Below are positions 12,243 to 24,634 of a stretch of 64,000 bases of DNA, one piece after another (within the stretch, counting starts at the first letter, position 1; the number at the start of each line of letters is the position of its first letter). The stretch comes from Podarcis bocagei (taxonomy: Eukaryota), in assembly GCA_964188305.1 (NCBI GenBank), contig OZ076886.1. One strand, given 5' to 3'. The notes below the pieces were generated by a model. The model had not been told where the DNA came from, did not search any database, and worked only from the letters and a program-made list of their open reading frames with translations. The position numbers were made by a program, and so were the translations under genes.

Positions 12243-12318
<76 letters not shown>
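12243..12318. repeat. (GA)n microsatellite
   Basis: Direct tandem repeat. Confidence 0.95.
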
Positions 12319-12321
<3 letters not shown>

Positions 12322-12650
12322 TCCTGAAAGGTCGCCTACGCAGCCAGGAAAAGCGACTTCTCGACGTGCCAGGGATTCTTTCAAAGGCAAGCGGGCGTTT
12401 CCTGGACCTCAGTCGAACTTCCGCTGCCTGTTGCGGACTTTGATCTTCTGCAGACTTTTGATTCTGACTCGCCTTCGGAAATCGCCCAGGCCACAACAAA
12501 GGGAGCCTGGTGGTGCGTGGAGCTGTGTGTGCTTCGGGGAGGCGAGGGGGGACAAAGACGTAGAAGAGACGGTTCACTTCAGCTTCGATATTCACAAAAG
12601 CCCTCAGTAAATTGTAACTAGGACAGAGGAAAGATAATTGATTTTTTCTG

Positions 12651-12653
<3 letters not shown>

Positions 12654-12732
<79 letters not shown>
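12654..12732. repeat. Compound (CT)n(GT)n microsatellite
   Basis: Direct tandem repeat. Confidence 0.95.
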
Positions 12733-12734
<2 letters not shown>

Positions 12735-14387
12735 CTCGTCTCTGGGTTGTAGGAGGAAAGGAAAGGACCGACTTTCCAATTATTTTCAAGAACTGATTTC
12801 CAGGGAAGTGACTGAAGAAATCCAAAGCAATTCCCGCAAGGCGCTTAGCTTCCAGTCCTTTGCACACTGGGGCAGATTCAATTTCAGTGCAACGAGGACC
12901 TTCTTTCGAATATCGGTGTCTCTCAGAGGACCCATAATCAGGAATCAGCTGGGAGAATCCTGGACCCGGTTTCCGGGTCAACTCCGTCCTAGTTCGGGAA
13001 CAGTGAGGTGGGAGTTGGGGTGTGTGGCCCCGAAAGCTCATCCTTCCAGGGATGCGAGGGTGACTGCCCCTGAAATAATAGAATAATGGAATAATTGTAG
13101 AGTTGGAAGAGATCACAAAGGTCATTTAATCCAACCTCTTGCATTCCTGAAAGAGTCCTGCGCTCCTGGTCGGAAACCGCATTTGTGGTTTGCAGCTTGC
13201 GGCCACTCCGAGTATTCCGGTCCTACTTGCTTTACCTCCTCGGTTGAGCGGAACAAAGATGTGTGTTTTACACAGCCAAGGCTATCCCTCTGCTTTCCGA
13301 AGGACAATTGTTGGGTTTGGGTAACGCTACTCGCACCCTCTAGAACGAGTTGCCCCGCCCTGACAAAAGAAAAACCCTGACTCAGAATTAATGAAATTAT
13401 TCGAACCCGGGTACAGCTGCAAACCGCTGGATTCTAGAGGTCTGCCGGCAGCCCCAGTGTCTTGAGCACAGTCTCTTTTCTGCGAGGACGTCACTTTAGA
13501 CCCCTTCAGGTACTGGTCGCGTTATCTTTGCTCCAAAAAGAGAGGTGCCTGAAAAGAAAGTCTACCTGGAAACTCCGCTACCCGCCTTGAAAGCCTTGTT
13601 CACTCATCTCAAGTCGGTACATAATTCCTGAGGCTGTGATATCTCAGAGATGGAGAAAATGTCCTCTGTGTGTGCTCAGAGGAACCTTTAGTCAGATGCC
13701 AGCCAGGACTCCAGCACTAGCTTTGATGTCAGAACCTGCTCTGATACTGAAAGCAGATTTTGGAGCGTATCATTTATGCAAACTTCACCTCCTTTAAAGG
13801 AAACTATTATTTTAACAGGCTACAGTAAGTTTATGCACTGCTTAGAGATCCATGCTGGTCTAAACAAGCAAGAACCACTGTTGGTTCAAAAGCCACATTA
13901 GGGCAACACCTTCATTACGTGCCCAAATGTCACAAAACAACACGCAAGCTTTCGAGTTTTCCGGGGCTCTTCGGCGCCTCGCGCGCTATTTCGTAGCATT
14001 TTTATTAGCCCAACAGAGGTCTTAGATGATCTCCCGCATTTTTTCAGCAGCCAACACGGCTACCTCCACGTTTTCTGCTACTCCTCCTTTTTGCTGTTGC
14101 AGTTTCTGAAGCTGCTCTTTTTGTGACAGCCTCTCATTCCCAAAACGCACCTCCCTCCCGGGATTAGGTATTTCCGAAGTGGGGCAGGAGGATGTCTCGT
14201 GCTATGTGTGCTGCGTGGTAAAGAATAATTCCAGGTACATTCCATAGGTGGCATCGTGCTACTAGAAATGGTCTCTGCGCGCAAAAGCGAGGGAGCCGCC
14301 GAACCAGGCGCGAGAGCCGCTTCGTTTCAGCAGAAACTTCTCCGCTCGCCTTGAGGAATAAGTGCCACCTGGTTAAAAACCACACAA

Positions 14388-14482
14388 GCAGAGGATGGGT
14401 GGCCATCTGTCTGAGACTCCTCTAGCTGAGATTCCTGCATTGCACGGGGTCCCTTCCAACGCTACAATTATATGATTCTATG
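14388..14482 (+). mobile_element. CR1 LINE 3'-end fragment
   Basis: ggccatctgtc...gagattcctgcattgc...ggtcccttccaac...tatgattctatg. Similar ends at ~13075-13145 (-), ~30680-30785 (+), ~52905-53015 (+) and ~56680-56770 (-). Confidence 0.7.
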
Positions 14483-14769
14483 GCCGCACAATCGACCCTC
14501 CACTTAAACCAATGGGGCTTTCGTTGTCTTCACACCAGAACCTACGGCCTGATCTTCGGGTTCAGTGAGATTTACTCCCAAGTAATTGTGTGCGTTCTTG
14601 GACGCCAAACGCTCCTTCATAATCCTGATGTATTATAATTTCAAATGAACTATTCATCCGGTTGTAAATGCGTCTTGAGGGCACTTACACCTTAGACCCA
14701 TTTATTCGGGTTTAACTCTCCCGTTGGGCTGTGTGTGCCATTTTTCTCCTGGATCTTCCCTTCTCTCAA

Positions 14770-14772
<3 letters not shown>

Positions 14773-14818
<46 letters not shown>
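14773..14818. repeat. (ATT)n microsatellite
   Basis: Direct tandem repeat. Others: (TTG)n ~10308-10334 and ~43197-43238; (GT)n ~15944-15981, ~26013-26070, ~35320-35356 and ~61927-61959; (ATT)n ~17097-17138. Confidence 0.95.
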
Positions 14819-15941
14819 TTAAGTACTTCACATATTCTGAGTTTGCGCAGTGTGTGTGTAAAATCGCAGCCTCTGAAAGCACATGGAAATTGTCATCCAC
14901 ACAAAATCGTAGGAGCTACAATTTCGTGTGTAGGTGATGAAAGAGGCGATGACTCTCAGGAATCTGGGGCTCAGAAAGCAGGGTCATCCATCGATTTTCA
15001 CTGTGGTCTCCTTCTGCGCCCCTGTAGTCTGGAATCAGTAATCCTTTTCTGCCCAAGCAGAAGACACGCGGGTGAGGACTCCGATCTGTCTCTATCCCTT
15101 TCCCCGTCCCTCGAAAACCAGGACACAAGAGAGATTTGGCAGAACACGTTGGGTTGCTCCAGGTTCCAGGACGTCTGTGCTTCCATCAGCCGCTCCCTGG
15201 GCAGAAATACGACGGGGATTAGAGAAACTGGTCGGCCAGGAGAAGTTTGGGCGTGTCGTGGGGGAATGAATGGAACTATGTGTGCACTCACTGGCGCTGT
15301 GGTCAGGAACCGAAGCTGATGTAGACAGAATAGCAATGTGGCAACTGGGTGGTGGGGGAAACCTGCACCCAGGGGGTTGATGTTGGGGGACCCATGCAGA
15401 GGCGCTTGCTGGGCTGCTGACCCTCAAACCACTGCGCCCCACTGCAGACTGCCCGGACCTGAGCCAAGCCCCAGTGGACCTCTGCCTTAGCGCCAAGAGC
15501 GGCTTCAGGAGCCGCGCAGCGCCTCGCGCAGGGAAGTGGAGTCCAAAGGAGATCTGGAGCCCACAGCTGGGGAGATGCTTGGCCACGCCATCCTGTGGGA
15601 ATCAGTGCCACTACAGTCAGTGGGGCATGCTCCCTAGTAAGTGTCTTTAGAACCCCATCCTAAGCCACGAGCGCAAAGCAAAGGCCACTCCGGCGCCGCC
15701 GCTGCCGCCACCCCCGAAATAAATAGAGGGCTGGAAGCCGAGCGATCTTTGACGGACACCACCCAGAACATGACACCCATCAGTTCCTTACACACACACA
15801 CACGTTTCAGGCTCTCCCGGCTCTCCTCTCCTTCCCGCCACGGAGAGAGGAGGAGGCTATTTCAGCCACCGGGACCCGCAAACTCACACAGAAAAATCCT
15901 TGTGAGATAAAATTGCTCCATTCGGAGGCGGTGCGGGGCTG

Positions 15942-15982
<41 letters not shown>

Positions 15983-16402
15983 GGCGGCTGCGGCAGCGAG
16001 CAGCTTTATCTGACACTCTCCGCCTTGCAAGGACGTTTCACACAAAACGCCTTTTGTTCCCGTGGACGGCGGCGGCAACCCCCACCCAATTTGCCTCGAA
16101 ACACAAACATGCGTGTTCCTCGCAAACCAGGCTCGGCTCTCCGCAGCAACACTGTCCTTCCCCTCCCCCCCCGGGACAGCCAATGAAAGGTTGCCGTGAC
16201 AGGCAGAGAATCTCGCCCTACGTCCATCCCCACCACCTCCCCGGTCTTCTTCTCGGATCCATTTTGTCTGAGCTACACACACTGAGCCATATTCGTGTTC
16301 GGGGAGTTGTTTATCTTCCCCGCCGGGTTCTGGAAAGAGCCAGCAAAATCCAGTTGTTCATCAGGAAGGGAGGGAGGGAGAAGCCCCCTGAAATGGACCA
16401 GA

Positions 16403-16442
<40 letters not shown>

Positions 16443-16529
16443 CCTCCCTCCCTCCCCCCCCCTCTCTCTCACACGTTTGCCTCTTTAGTTCCTCAGCTAG
16501 GGTAAAATAGCCCTGTTGTGAGGGGGGGG

Positions 16530-16610
16530 CGCCGTGCATTTGCATGCAAGTCCCCCCAGCCCCAACCCGCAATCTCATTCGAGGCACATCAGCTCGCTGA
16601 CGTCAACAGA
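16530..16610. promoter_or_regulatory. Octamer plus palindromic CRE in a CpG island
   Basis: ATTTGCAT at 16538-16545; TGACGTCA at 16598-16605. Confidence 0.45.
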
Positions 16611-17107
16611 AGAGAGGAGGAGGAGGAGGAGGCATAAATTGGAATCTGACAGCTGTAAGGAGGTGTGACGGCGGCAACTCCTTCGCCTCGGCTAGGAGGC
16701 GAGCCCTTTCCAGGCCGCCCCTTAGGCCCGCCCTCCGTTAGTGTCTGCCTTAATTTAAACCGCGCAAGGGAAGTCGCCAGGATTTGCCCCCCCATCTGTT
16801 TCCAACAACACCCCCAACCTGAAACGCGAAGCAAAAGGAGAAGGCGATGGGAAAACCAGAGTGCCCCTGAGCACGTACAGAGTGCCTTTCCTCCCATCAT
16901 CTTTATACCGCCACCGCTATTCCACAGATATCTGCCACGGCCAGGAAAGAGCTTCCAGGCAGGCAAGAAAGCCGTGCTGTGTTGCGGGGGGGGGAGGAAG
17001 CCCACCCCTTGGCCATTAGATTGGACAAGTACGTGTTCCGCTACCCACCCACCCCTTTTGAACGTCATGCAACGTTGGTGAGCCAGAGGGAATAAATATT
17101 ATTATTA

Positions 17108-17139
<32 letters not shown>

Positions 17140-17789
17140 ACACGGCTCCCCAAATTGAGTGGCCAGCACCACTTCCTTCTCAGATAGGGGGGATTCCCTC
17201 CTCTCCTCTCCACCACCACCCCCAGCAAGCAGGTCCCTCCAGGGGTGCTCAGGTGACTGCGGCACGAGGGAGTCCTCAGGAGCTGCAGCCCTGCCCCTCC
17301 CTCCCTCCCTCCTTCATTTTGGCAGCAGCGCCCGGATCCGTGCCTTAACAAAAGCCATTACTGCGTGCGAAAGTATCTCCCGCTCATTTGCATTCCGCCC
17401 CTAATAAGCAAGCGGAGGATTTGCAGCAGCCTGCACTTAATAATAATAATAATAATAACCCGGGAGATGGGGGCGGGGAAATACGGCAACCACATCTGTG
17501 TCTCGATCAGCAGCAGCAGCAGTTCCTGCAGCCACTGCAGCCCTGCCCCTCCCTCCCTCCTGCCTGGGCACCGCGCTGCTGCTGCTGCTTCACCCGGCCT
17601 CTGGCGGCGGCTGTGCTCGGCTCTGGCATCGATCGCCTTTTAACTCGTCTCGGGCTCGGGCGGGAGAGGGAGAGAGGGAGCGGGCGCGCGAGGACGGGGG
17701 GGGGGCGGTGCGCAGGGCGGGGGGGGGAGGGAGGAGGAGGCGAAGGCGAAAGCGCCGAGAGAGAGAACAAGGTAGATACTGTATTTAGG

Positions 17790-17900
17790 TTCATGCCCTT
17801 ATATGGTGACGAACGCGGCGCCCTGCAGACTAGCTGCACCATAAAAGGAAGCGGCGCGAGAGCCTCGGGTGAGCTGTTGAGCGCTGATTGGTGCGCCCGT
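17790..17900. promoter_or_regulatory. Double CArG (SRF) element with half-CRE and CCAAT box
   Basis: CCTTATATGG at 17797-17806, TGACG at 17807-17811, CCATAAAAGG at 17839-17848 running into GGAAG, ATTGG at 17887-17891, all inside a CpG island. Confidence 0.65.
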
Positions 17901-20900
17901 ATCTCGGCAACCGGGCTTCAGTGGTGGAAAAGAGCCGAGGATTCTAACCCCGCGCGCCTTCCCCTCCCTCCTTCTCCTCCCCCCTTTTTATCATCCCCTC
18001 TCTGCCCCCCCCTCCCGCAACCCACCACAAAGTCAGCAAAGGCAAATATGGTGGGAAAGAGGGGGGGAGCCCCGTGCCCGCCTCCCTTCCTTCTCCTCTG
18101 ACATGTCGCCTTCTTGCAGCTGAAATTGCCAATTTGGCCCCCAGCAGATAATGGGTTTCCACCAGCACCAATTCCCCCTCCCTCCTTTTCTGCTCCCTCT
18201 CCCTCTCCCACCCCCAGCTCTCTGGCCTGCGTAAGTCAGAAAGAGCGTAATAATAATTACAATTAGCTGCGCAAAGAGATGGCTTCTACTGGAGTGGCTG
18301 GGTTTGGAGCTCAGAGACTCTTGTGTGTGTGTGAGGGGGGGGGAGAGAGAGAGGCGGGAGGGATGGATAGGGAGACAGATAGATCTAGGTGTACATGACG
18401 GATGGACACGTATGCCTGAGTGATGGATGGCCCAATGAATACCAGGCCTTGATGGATGGGTTCAGCAGAAAGAGCGGAGGATGTTCACATTGGTTAGAGA
18501 GATTTCGGGGGTTGATAGATGCAGAGGAAGGGGGCAGGTGGGCAGAAGGGCAATGGGGGAAAGCTGCGCATTCCCTCCTACGCCAAGGGTCGTTGTCAGC
18601 ATTGCACAGGTGCAAGCCAGTTCGCCCCCAAATGCGCTCTCCTCGGAAGTGTGATGCATGTGTTTCCGCATACCTGCTCCCCGCATCCACACGTTTTCAC
18701 ACGTACCCTTACTCAGCTTTACGAACGTGTGGCGCAATCCTGTTGTGCATGTTTATACCAGCAACCAAAGCCGGGTGGATTCAGAAGGGGCCTACTTCCG
18801 TAAAATTTGAAAGGGTAAGATTTTGGCCTCGGCTCGTCTCATTTTTAAAGGGAGCCACAACCGAGGACAGGATTAACTAAGATCCCAAATCCAATTTGCT
18901 TAGGCTAGCTAGCCACAGAAGGCCTCGCTGCCTTATGGACAGATGCGTTTGAGACTGGGCTTGTCTCTGGATGACCTGTGAATTCCTAGGAGCCAGAAAA
19001 ATCCGGTCCATGGGGGCATTACGCGGCATGGACGCCCGTTTTGTGGGATGCTGCTGCTGCAGAAGATCGTTGAACATTCTTCCCTTGAAATGAAAGGGAA
19101 CACTGAGGAACATGGAAGACTTTATTTCCGCCTAGTGATCTGGCGGGCACCGCAGTGGTCTCTACCAGCAGGGAGACAAAGTGTCAAGAGTCTCGATTCA
19201 GCAGCACGTGGCAGCCAAGGACTGGAGCGCAGGGCTGAGATCCGCAGACCTTGGGCACCGTCTCCCGAAGGGCGCAACATCCTCAACATCTGCATTTTGG
19301 AAATGTAGGTGACCACTGGCCAGTCCTCTAGGTCAATAGGTGCGCTATTAAAGGCGTGTGAAGGAAAACGAAATAAACGGCGTGGGGGGGGGGAGCCCTA
19401 GCGCTTAAATCCTAGTTTGAGCTCCTACTTGATCCGCGGCATTTTGTGGACGCAGAACATGGGCGGAGGTGCAGAGACTGGAGGGGAAACCAGTTTTACA
19501 AGGAGAGGGGGGGAAAGTAGAAAGAGGAGAGGATTCATTCTTGTTCAATAAATAAATACCGGGGAGCGTTTCGTTTTTAAGAGACAAGGAGACGCTTTTG
19601 TCTTTTCGGTGGCAGCAGAGGAGCAGGGAATCTGCCATCTTTGCCTGTATCTGAAATGGCTGCTGCGGTTACCATGGGGGCCCTTGCGCCGCAGTGGCTC
19701 GTCGGCTGCGGAAGAGGCAGCGTGGTAGATGCGCCAGTTAACCTCTCCCGTGCCACCTCAGCAATCCTGGACTCTGGGGTGGGGGACGAGAAAGGCACCC
19801 GCAGCCCCGCTCCTCCCTCCTTCGACTGCGCTCAGGCTCCGAAAGACCCAGAGGTTTCCAGGGCGAGAAGACACCCTCCTCCCCACTGGCCGAGGGATCG
19901 CGTCCAGCGTTAGCTCGCCACTTGCTTATGGCCTGCTCGAGGGTAGGGGAGAACTAGGGAGTCCGCAATGCCCGCTGCTGCTGCTGTTGCTGTTGAGCGA
20001 TCAATCCGAGCCCGGCCTCCGAGCCCGGCGCCGCTTCCTCTCTGGCAGCTCATAACAATGTAGGTCACCCTGCTGCATGAGATTTGCAGGCTGGGATTGA
20101 AACGGCTCGCCTGGCAGCCCGGAGCTCCGAGCTGGCCTCGCTCAGCAGCCGGCTCTGCACCACCCACACAGCTCCTTGGTTCAGAGATCGCTGCTGTGGC
20201 GCGGAGGGAACCAGCCACGACGAAGCCCTGGTTTGTTTTTTTTAAGAGGCGTCTCAGGAGGCTGCAAGCTGGAGCTTCCGGCCCCCCGAGCTGTGCCAGC
20301 TGCCCAGAGCTCGCTCGCAGGCCCACCTTGGTAGCCAGCCGCAGCTGAGGCCTTGCGCCTGGGAGCAGGTGCAGCAGGGGAGAGTAGAAGCATGCCTTCT
20401 TCCCGGAGCGCAGGGATCGGGTGGCCCCGCTGGGGCAGGAGCGCAAGAGGCGGCCCACCAACGCCCTTGTTGTGTGTGAAGCCCCTGGCCTGGTACCCAC
20501 TCTCTGATGCCCCTCTTAGCCTGGCCACCGCAAGGCGCCTCGCCAATAAAAGACTCTCCCTCTGGGGAGAGAAAGAAACGGCTGGCTTCCTTCCCCTAAA
20601 GTGCGCGGACAGGCAGCATTTTGAAGGTGCCCGTGAAGATGTGATGGCAGCTGGAGAACTCGCCCGGCAAAAACTGTCGCCGGCAATGGCATCCGTGTCT
20701 AATGTCAGCCGTAGATTGTCGCTGACGTGGATTGTCGCCGACCAAGCGAGAGAAAAAGGTTGAGACCTCCCTCAAGCTATCCTAATCCTTTGTCGGAAGT
20801 GCAGGATCCCTAGGAAACACGCCTCATTTCAGAACATTTGCTGTTTCGTGCAAGGAGCGCCCGAAATTCCGCAATGGAATGAATTCTAAGGGAAGGCCCG

Positions 20901-22029
20901 TTGCTCAGTGCTACGTATCTACCTGGTTTCCACGCAAAAGTGTTGCTGTTCAGTCCCCGGGATGCCTATCTGAAACCTTAGAGAGACGCTGCCGTAGCAC
21001 TACCAGCTTCCGATATTTCTTTATTTCTTTGGCTCACGTTATTGTCTCAAAAGCGAATCCCACCCACCGTAAAGGTCTACGCTTCTCCAAAAAGCACAGA
21101 CAAAGCAGTTAAAACAAAAGCGCCCGTAGGTAGATCTTCCTTCTGCGCCTGACCTTGGTTTTGGCCTTCATATTGAAATCAGCTATAACTGGAGCTCAGT
21201 TCTTGCTGATGTCCATATGAAGTTCAGCGTGAAGGTCGGATTCAGTTTGAAAAATTCGCTTACAATATCGCCCCAAACTAAAACGCAAGCAGACAAAGAC
21301 AAGGGTTACCAAAATAGACGCTGGTCCCGGCTGCAACCGTTTGGCGCTATTTTCTCTGTCCCACCCCATTCACATTTATCTATCTGCTTGCCTGCCTACA
21401 GTGAAACGTCACCCAGGACACATTTTTTGGGAAACTCCATTGATTTCAGGATTTAGAATCGGGGCTAAAGGCTGTGGAGACTTAGGGTTTTCAGCTAGGG
21501 ACCAGAGATGAAGACGCTGCAATTCACTCGCCGCTTCCCCTGGAGTTGTAAGTTTCAGGGAGACGTCGGAAAAACTATCCAGGCGCTTTGCAAATGGCCA
21601 GTTCTGAACTGCACGCCACAGCCCTTTCCCCACTTGCCAGGGAGCAAAACCCGGGAAGCTTCCCTTAGACTAACACGCATGCTGTGAGGATTGTGCCACC
21701 TGCGCACACGCGACACGAAAAGGAGCCTCATTCGCGAGCTCAGTGAGTTTGGAATTGCTGGCGGCGGCGCGTGTGTGTGTGAAAGTGAGAAAGAGACACT
21801 TGACGTGGACGAAGCAGATCCCACACCTTGCCGAAGTATCCAAACTGCGGGCATTCGATGTTTGCCTTCTGCTTCGGTGTCTGCACTCCCTTGGCATGCA
21901 TTGGCACGTTGCTTCCGCCCTCCACCCTCCACGTGCTCCTGCCCGGCCGCGAGAGGCGTGTTCCGAGCTCTGCCAACCTCGCCAGGGCCGATCCCGCCGC
22001 GGCTGCATCCACACGCCCTCTCTCTCTCC

Positions 22030-22165
22030 CGCGCCCGCCCGCCATGGCGGCTCCCTTCGCCAGCTTCAACGCGCTTCCTTATACGGCTGGCGATCCGGCG
22101 CTCGCCTCTTTTTAGACCCTTGACATCAGCGCCTGTAGCCGAAGCCCGACGCGCCTCGCGAGAAA
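22030..22165. promoter_or_regulatory. CpG-island core promoter-like element
   Basis: Palindrome CCGCCATGGCGG (YY1-like) at 22039-22050; CArG-like CCTTATACGG at 22077-22086; CCTCGCGAGA (one mismatch to the BANP/ZBTB33 motif TCTCGCGAGA) at ~22154-22163. Confidence 0.45.
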
Positions 22166-24392
22166 CCCCCCGGTGTCGGTCTCCTCCTCTTGACCTGTTT
22201 AATCCCGGGTGAAATACCACCGCCTAAAAAGGCTTTCGAGGGTTTATTTGGTTTCTGTCTGGAGATACGATTATAATATATACACCCACTCCTCGAAGGG
22301 AAGGGGGGGGGGAGTCTGGGTATATGGCTGCATATACCATGCCACTTTTACAACCCTAACCGCGTTTGCTCGGAAGCCTCTCCTTTCTTTCCATAGTTTC
22401 ACTTCCAAGGAAGTGTGCGCAGGATAGCAATCCCCGTGCTTTCGATGTTTCACACGCCCTAGTTCAATCGTGGGATTTACTCCCATCCACCCCCTTAAAA
22501 AAAGAAAAATAATCGGATCGGGGTGAAGCCCCTTCTTCCCCGCCGCACCCCGGTGAGGTAGGACACCACTTCTACTCGTGATTCACAGACGAGAGCCAAC
22601 TGAGTGAGGCTAAGAGGCGGCGACATCCCCAAAGCTAGAAGGATTTCTTCGAAGCCAGCTCCCAGTCCTGAAGACTTGCTCCGAAATGGCACTACTCCCA
22701 GCTTGGTTTTGCTGTTTTGACAGCGGATTCGGATTCCGATATTATACCTGCGTTTAGACAGGTTGAGAACGCAGGAACCGAAGTTTCGTTGCTTTTTCGC
22801 TGGTGGTAATCCAAGGTCCAAGCAGATATTTTGCAGAAGTAGACATTTGTTCTCTCATCCGATCACCAGCAACTCGGGCAGCTTCGCACCTCTGCACACC
22901 ATACCCCAAATTCACAAAATTACACTCCCCACCCCGTGTTAATTAATCTACAATGTGCCGCCTCTTGGTGTACTTTTCCTATTGCTTACAGACTAGAATC
23001 CTTAATCGGAGGGTATTCATTATGGGGGAGGGGAAGGGAAGGATCAGTCACCCCAGTTGTGGGTGAGGGGTGGGCAACAGGATGGTCAGTATGCAGCTAA
23101 GGTGCAGTGCTGAACATACCCGCGAGGAAATAAGCCCCATGGACCGCAGTGGGACCCAGCGCAGAGGCTTAGGATCGCTCTGCCGCGCTCCCTTCTTGCG
23201 CATCAAATGAGTGAACCAGCTGAGAAGGACCACCCGCCGGCCCTGACTCCTTCTCGGTCTCTCCCAGCCCTGAGGCAGGTTCAAGACCTGCGCCAAGGCA
23301 TGTGCCGTCTGTCGGCCCCCCGGGGAGGTCAGCTCAGGGCCCTTGGGCGTTTGCTGCGGCTCTGGCCCAAGCTCTGCTCCGGGTCTAGGGCAATCCCGGA
23401 GAGGTGACCTGGTGGATCCCTCGGGGCACTAACTGCAAGGCGGCAGAAGGCACGCTTGCTTCTGCCACGCAGCAGAGCTGCCTCCTTCAAAGTCTTACTG
23501 TCCAGAGGCTGAGCCGGGGGTCGGGTGGGGAGGCGGAAGGATTCTCCTCTTCCAGGTTCCAGAAACAGCTGGGGAGGAGGAGAGCCTGGTGGGGATCGGG
23601 GGAACGAAGGAGCAAGAGCGCAGCTCGGATCGCTCCTCTGGAAAAAGAAAACCGAGTCTAGGCAGCCATTTTCTGATGTTTTTCTGCCTTTAGGATTGGA
23701 TCACGTTGGAGAAAGAGGAGACGGAGCGGGGGGAGGGCGCAGGAGCTTCGGGGGGGGGGGCGATCCTGCGGCAGAAGAGGCAGGGGCTGCTGCTGCCAGG
23801 CGTGGTGGGTTTCGGCGAGCCGGAGCGGCGCAGGGAAAAGGGCTTTATGTGCCTCTGCCCACCCCTTGCCCCGCCATTTTGTACTTCGCCAGCTTTTCCC
23901 TAAAGTAGAGAGAGAGAGAGAGAGAGAGATGGGTGGCCACATGGATCCTTCGCGGCTGCTGGGGAAGAGAGAGGCACCCCCCAGCTCGACTGCTTTCTCT
24001 GCTGTCACCCCTCTGGTCCTCATGCTGCGGCGGGGAGGGGTGGAAAGAATGAATAGAGAAGCAACAGGCTCGGACCTCCGCACACTCAGCCCCGCTGATC
24101 GGGGTCCCCTGGTCTTCTCCAGTGCGAATTTAGAGTGTCCCCCCTCCACTTTGGGGTCAGGCCAGGATCTTCAGTCTCCACCATGGCGTAACTATAACAC
24201 CCGACTCTCCCGACAACCCCCCACAAATATAAACCCATCCCACGCCTTTGCTTCGGATTCTTTAATTCCGAATCACTGCCGACTCTGTTTCTGCACCCAC
24301 AGCCACCAAGGCCGACGGGACTATGGGGTGGAGAGGATGGAAGGGGCGAACCCCTACAGCCTTCTTGGGAATTCTCAGCATCCACTGAGATA

Positions 24393-24634
24393 CAGTGGTA
24401 CCTCGGCTTACATACGCTTCAGGTTACATACGCTTCAGGTTACAGACGCCGCTAACCCAGAAATAGTACCTCGGGTTAAGAATTTTGCTTCAGGATGAGA
24501 ACAGAAATTGTGCTCCGGCGGCGCAGCGGCAATGGGAGGCCCCATTAGCTAAAGTGGTGCTTCAGGTTAAGAACAGTTTCAGGTTAAGAACGGACCTCTG
24601 GAACGAATTAAGTACTTAACCCGAGGTACCACTG
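24393..24634. mobile_element. Tc1/mariner (Tigger/pogo-like) MITE, 242 bp
   Basis: TIR cagtggtacctcgg / ccgaggtaccactg flanked by TA on both sides; near-identical to copies at 35799 and 39525. Confidence 0.92.

Noticed and set aside
12061-18101. Long ORFs containing poly-ER, SL, CV, HT, I or Y runs
   Set aside because: Produced by microsatellites and GC-rich stop-poor sequence, not by real proteins.
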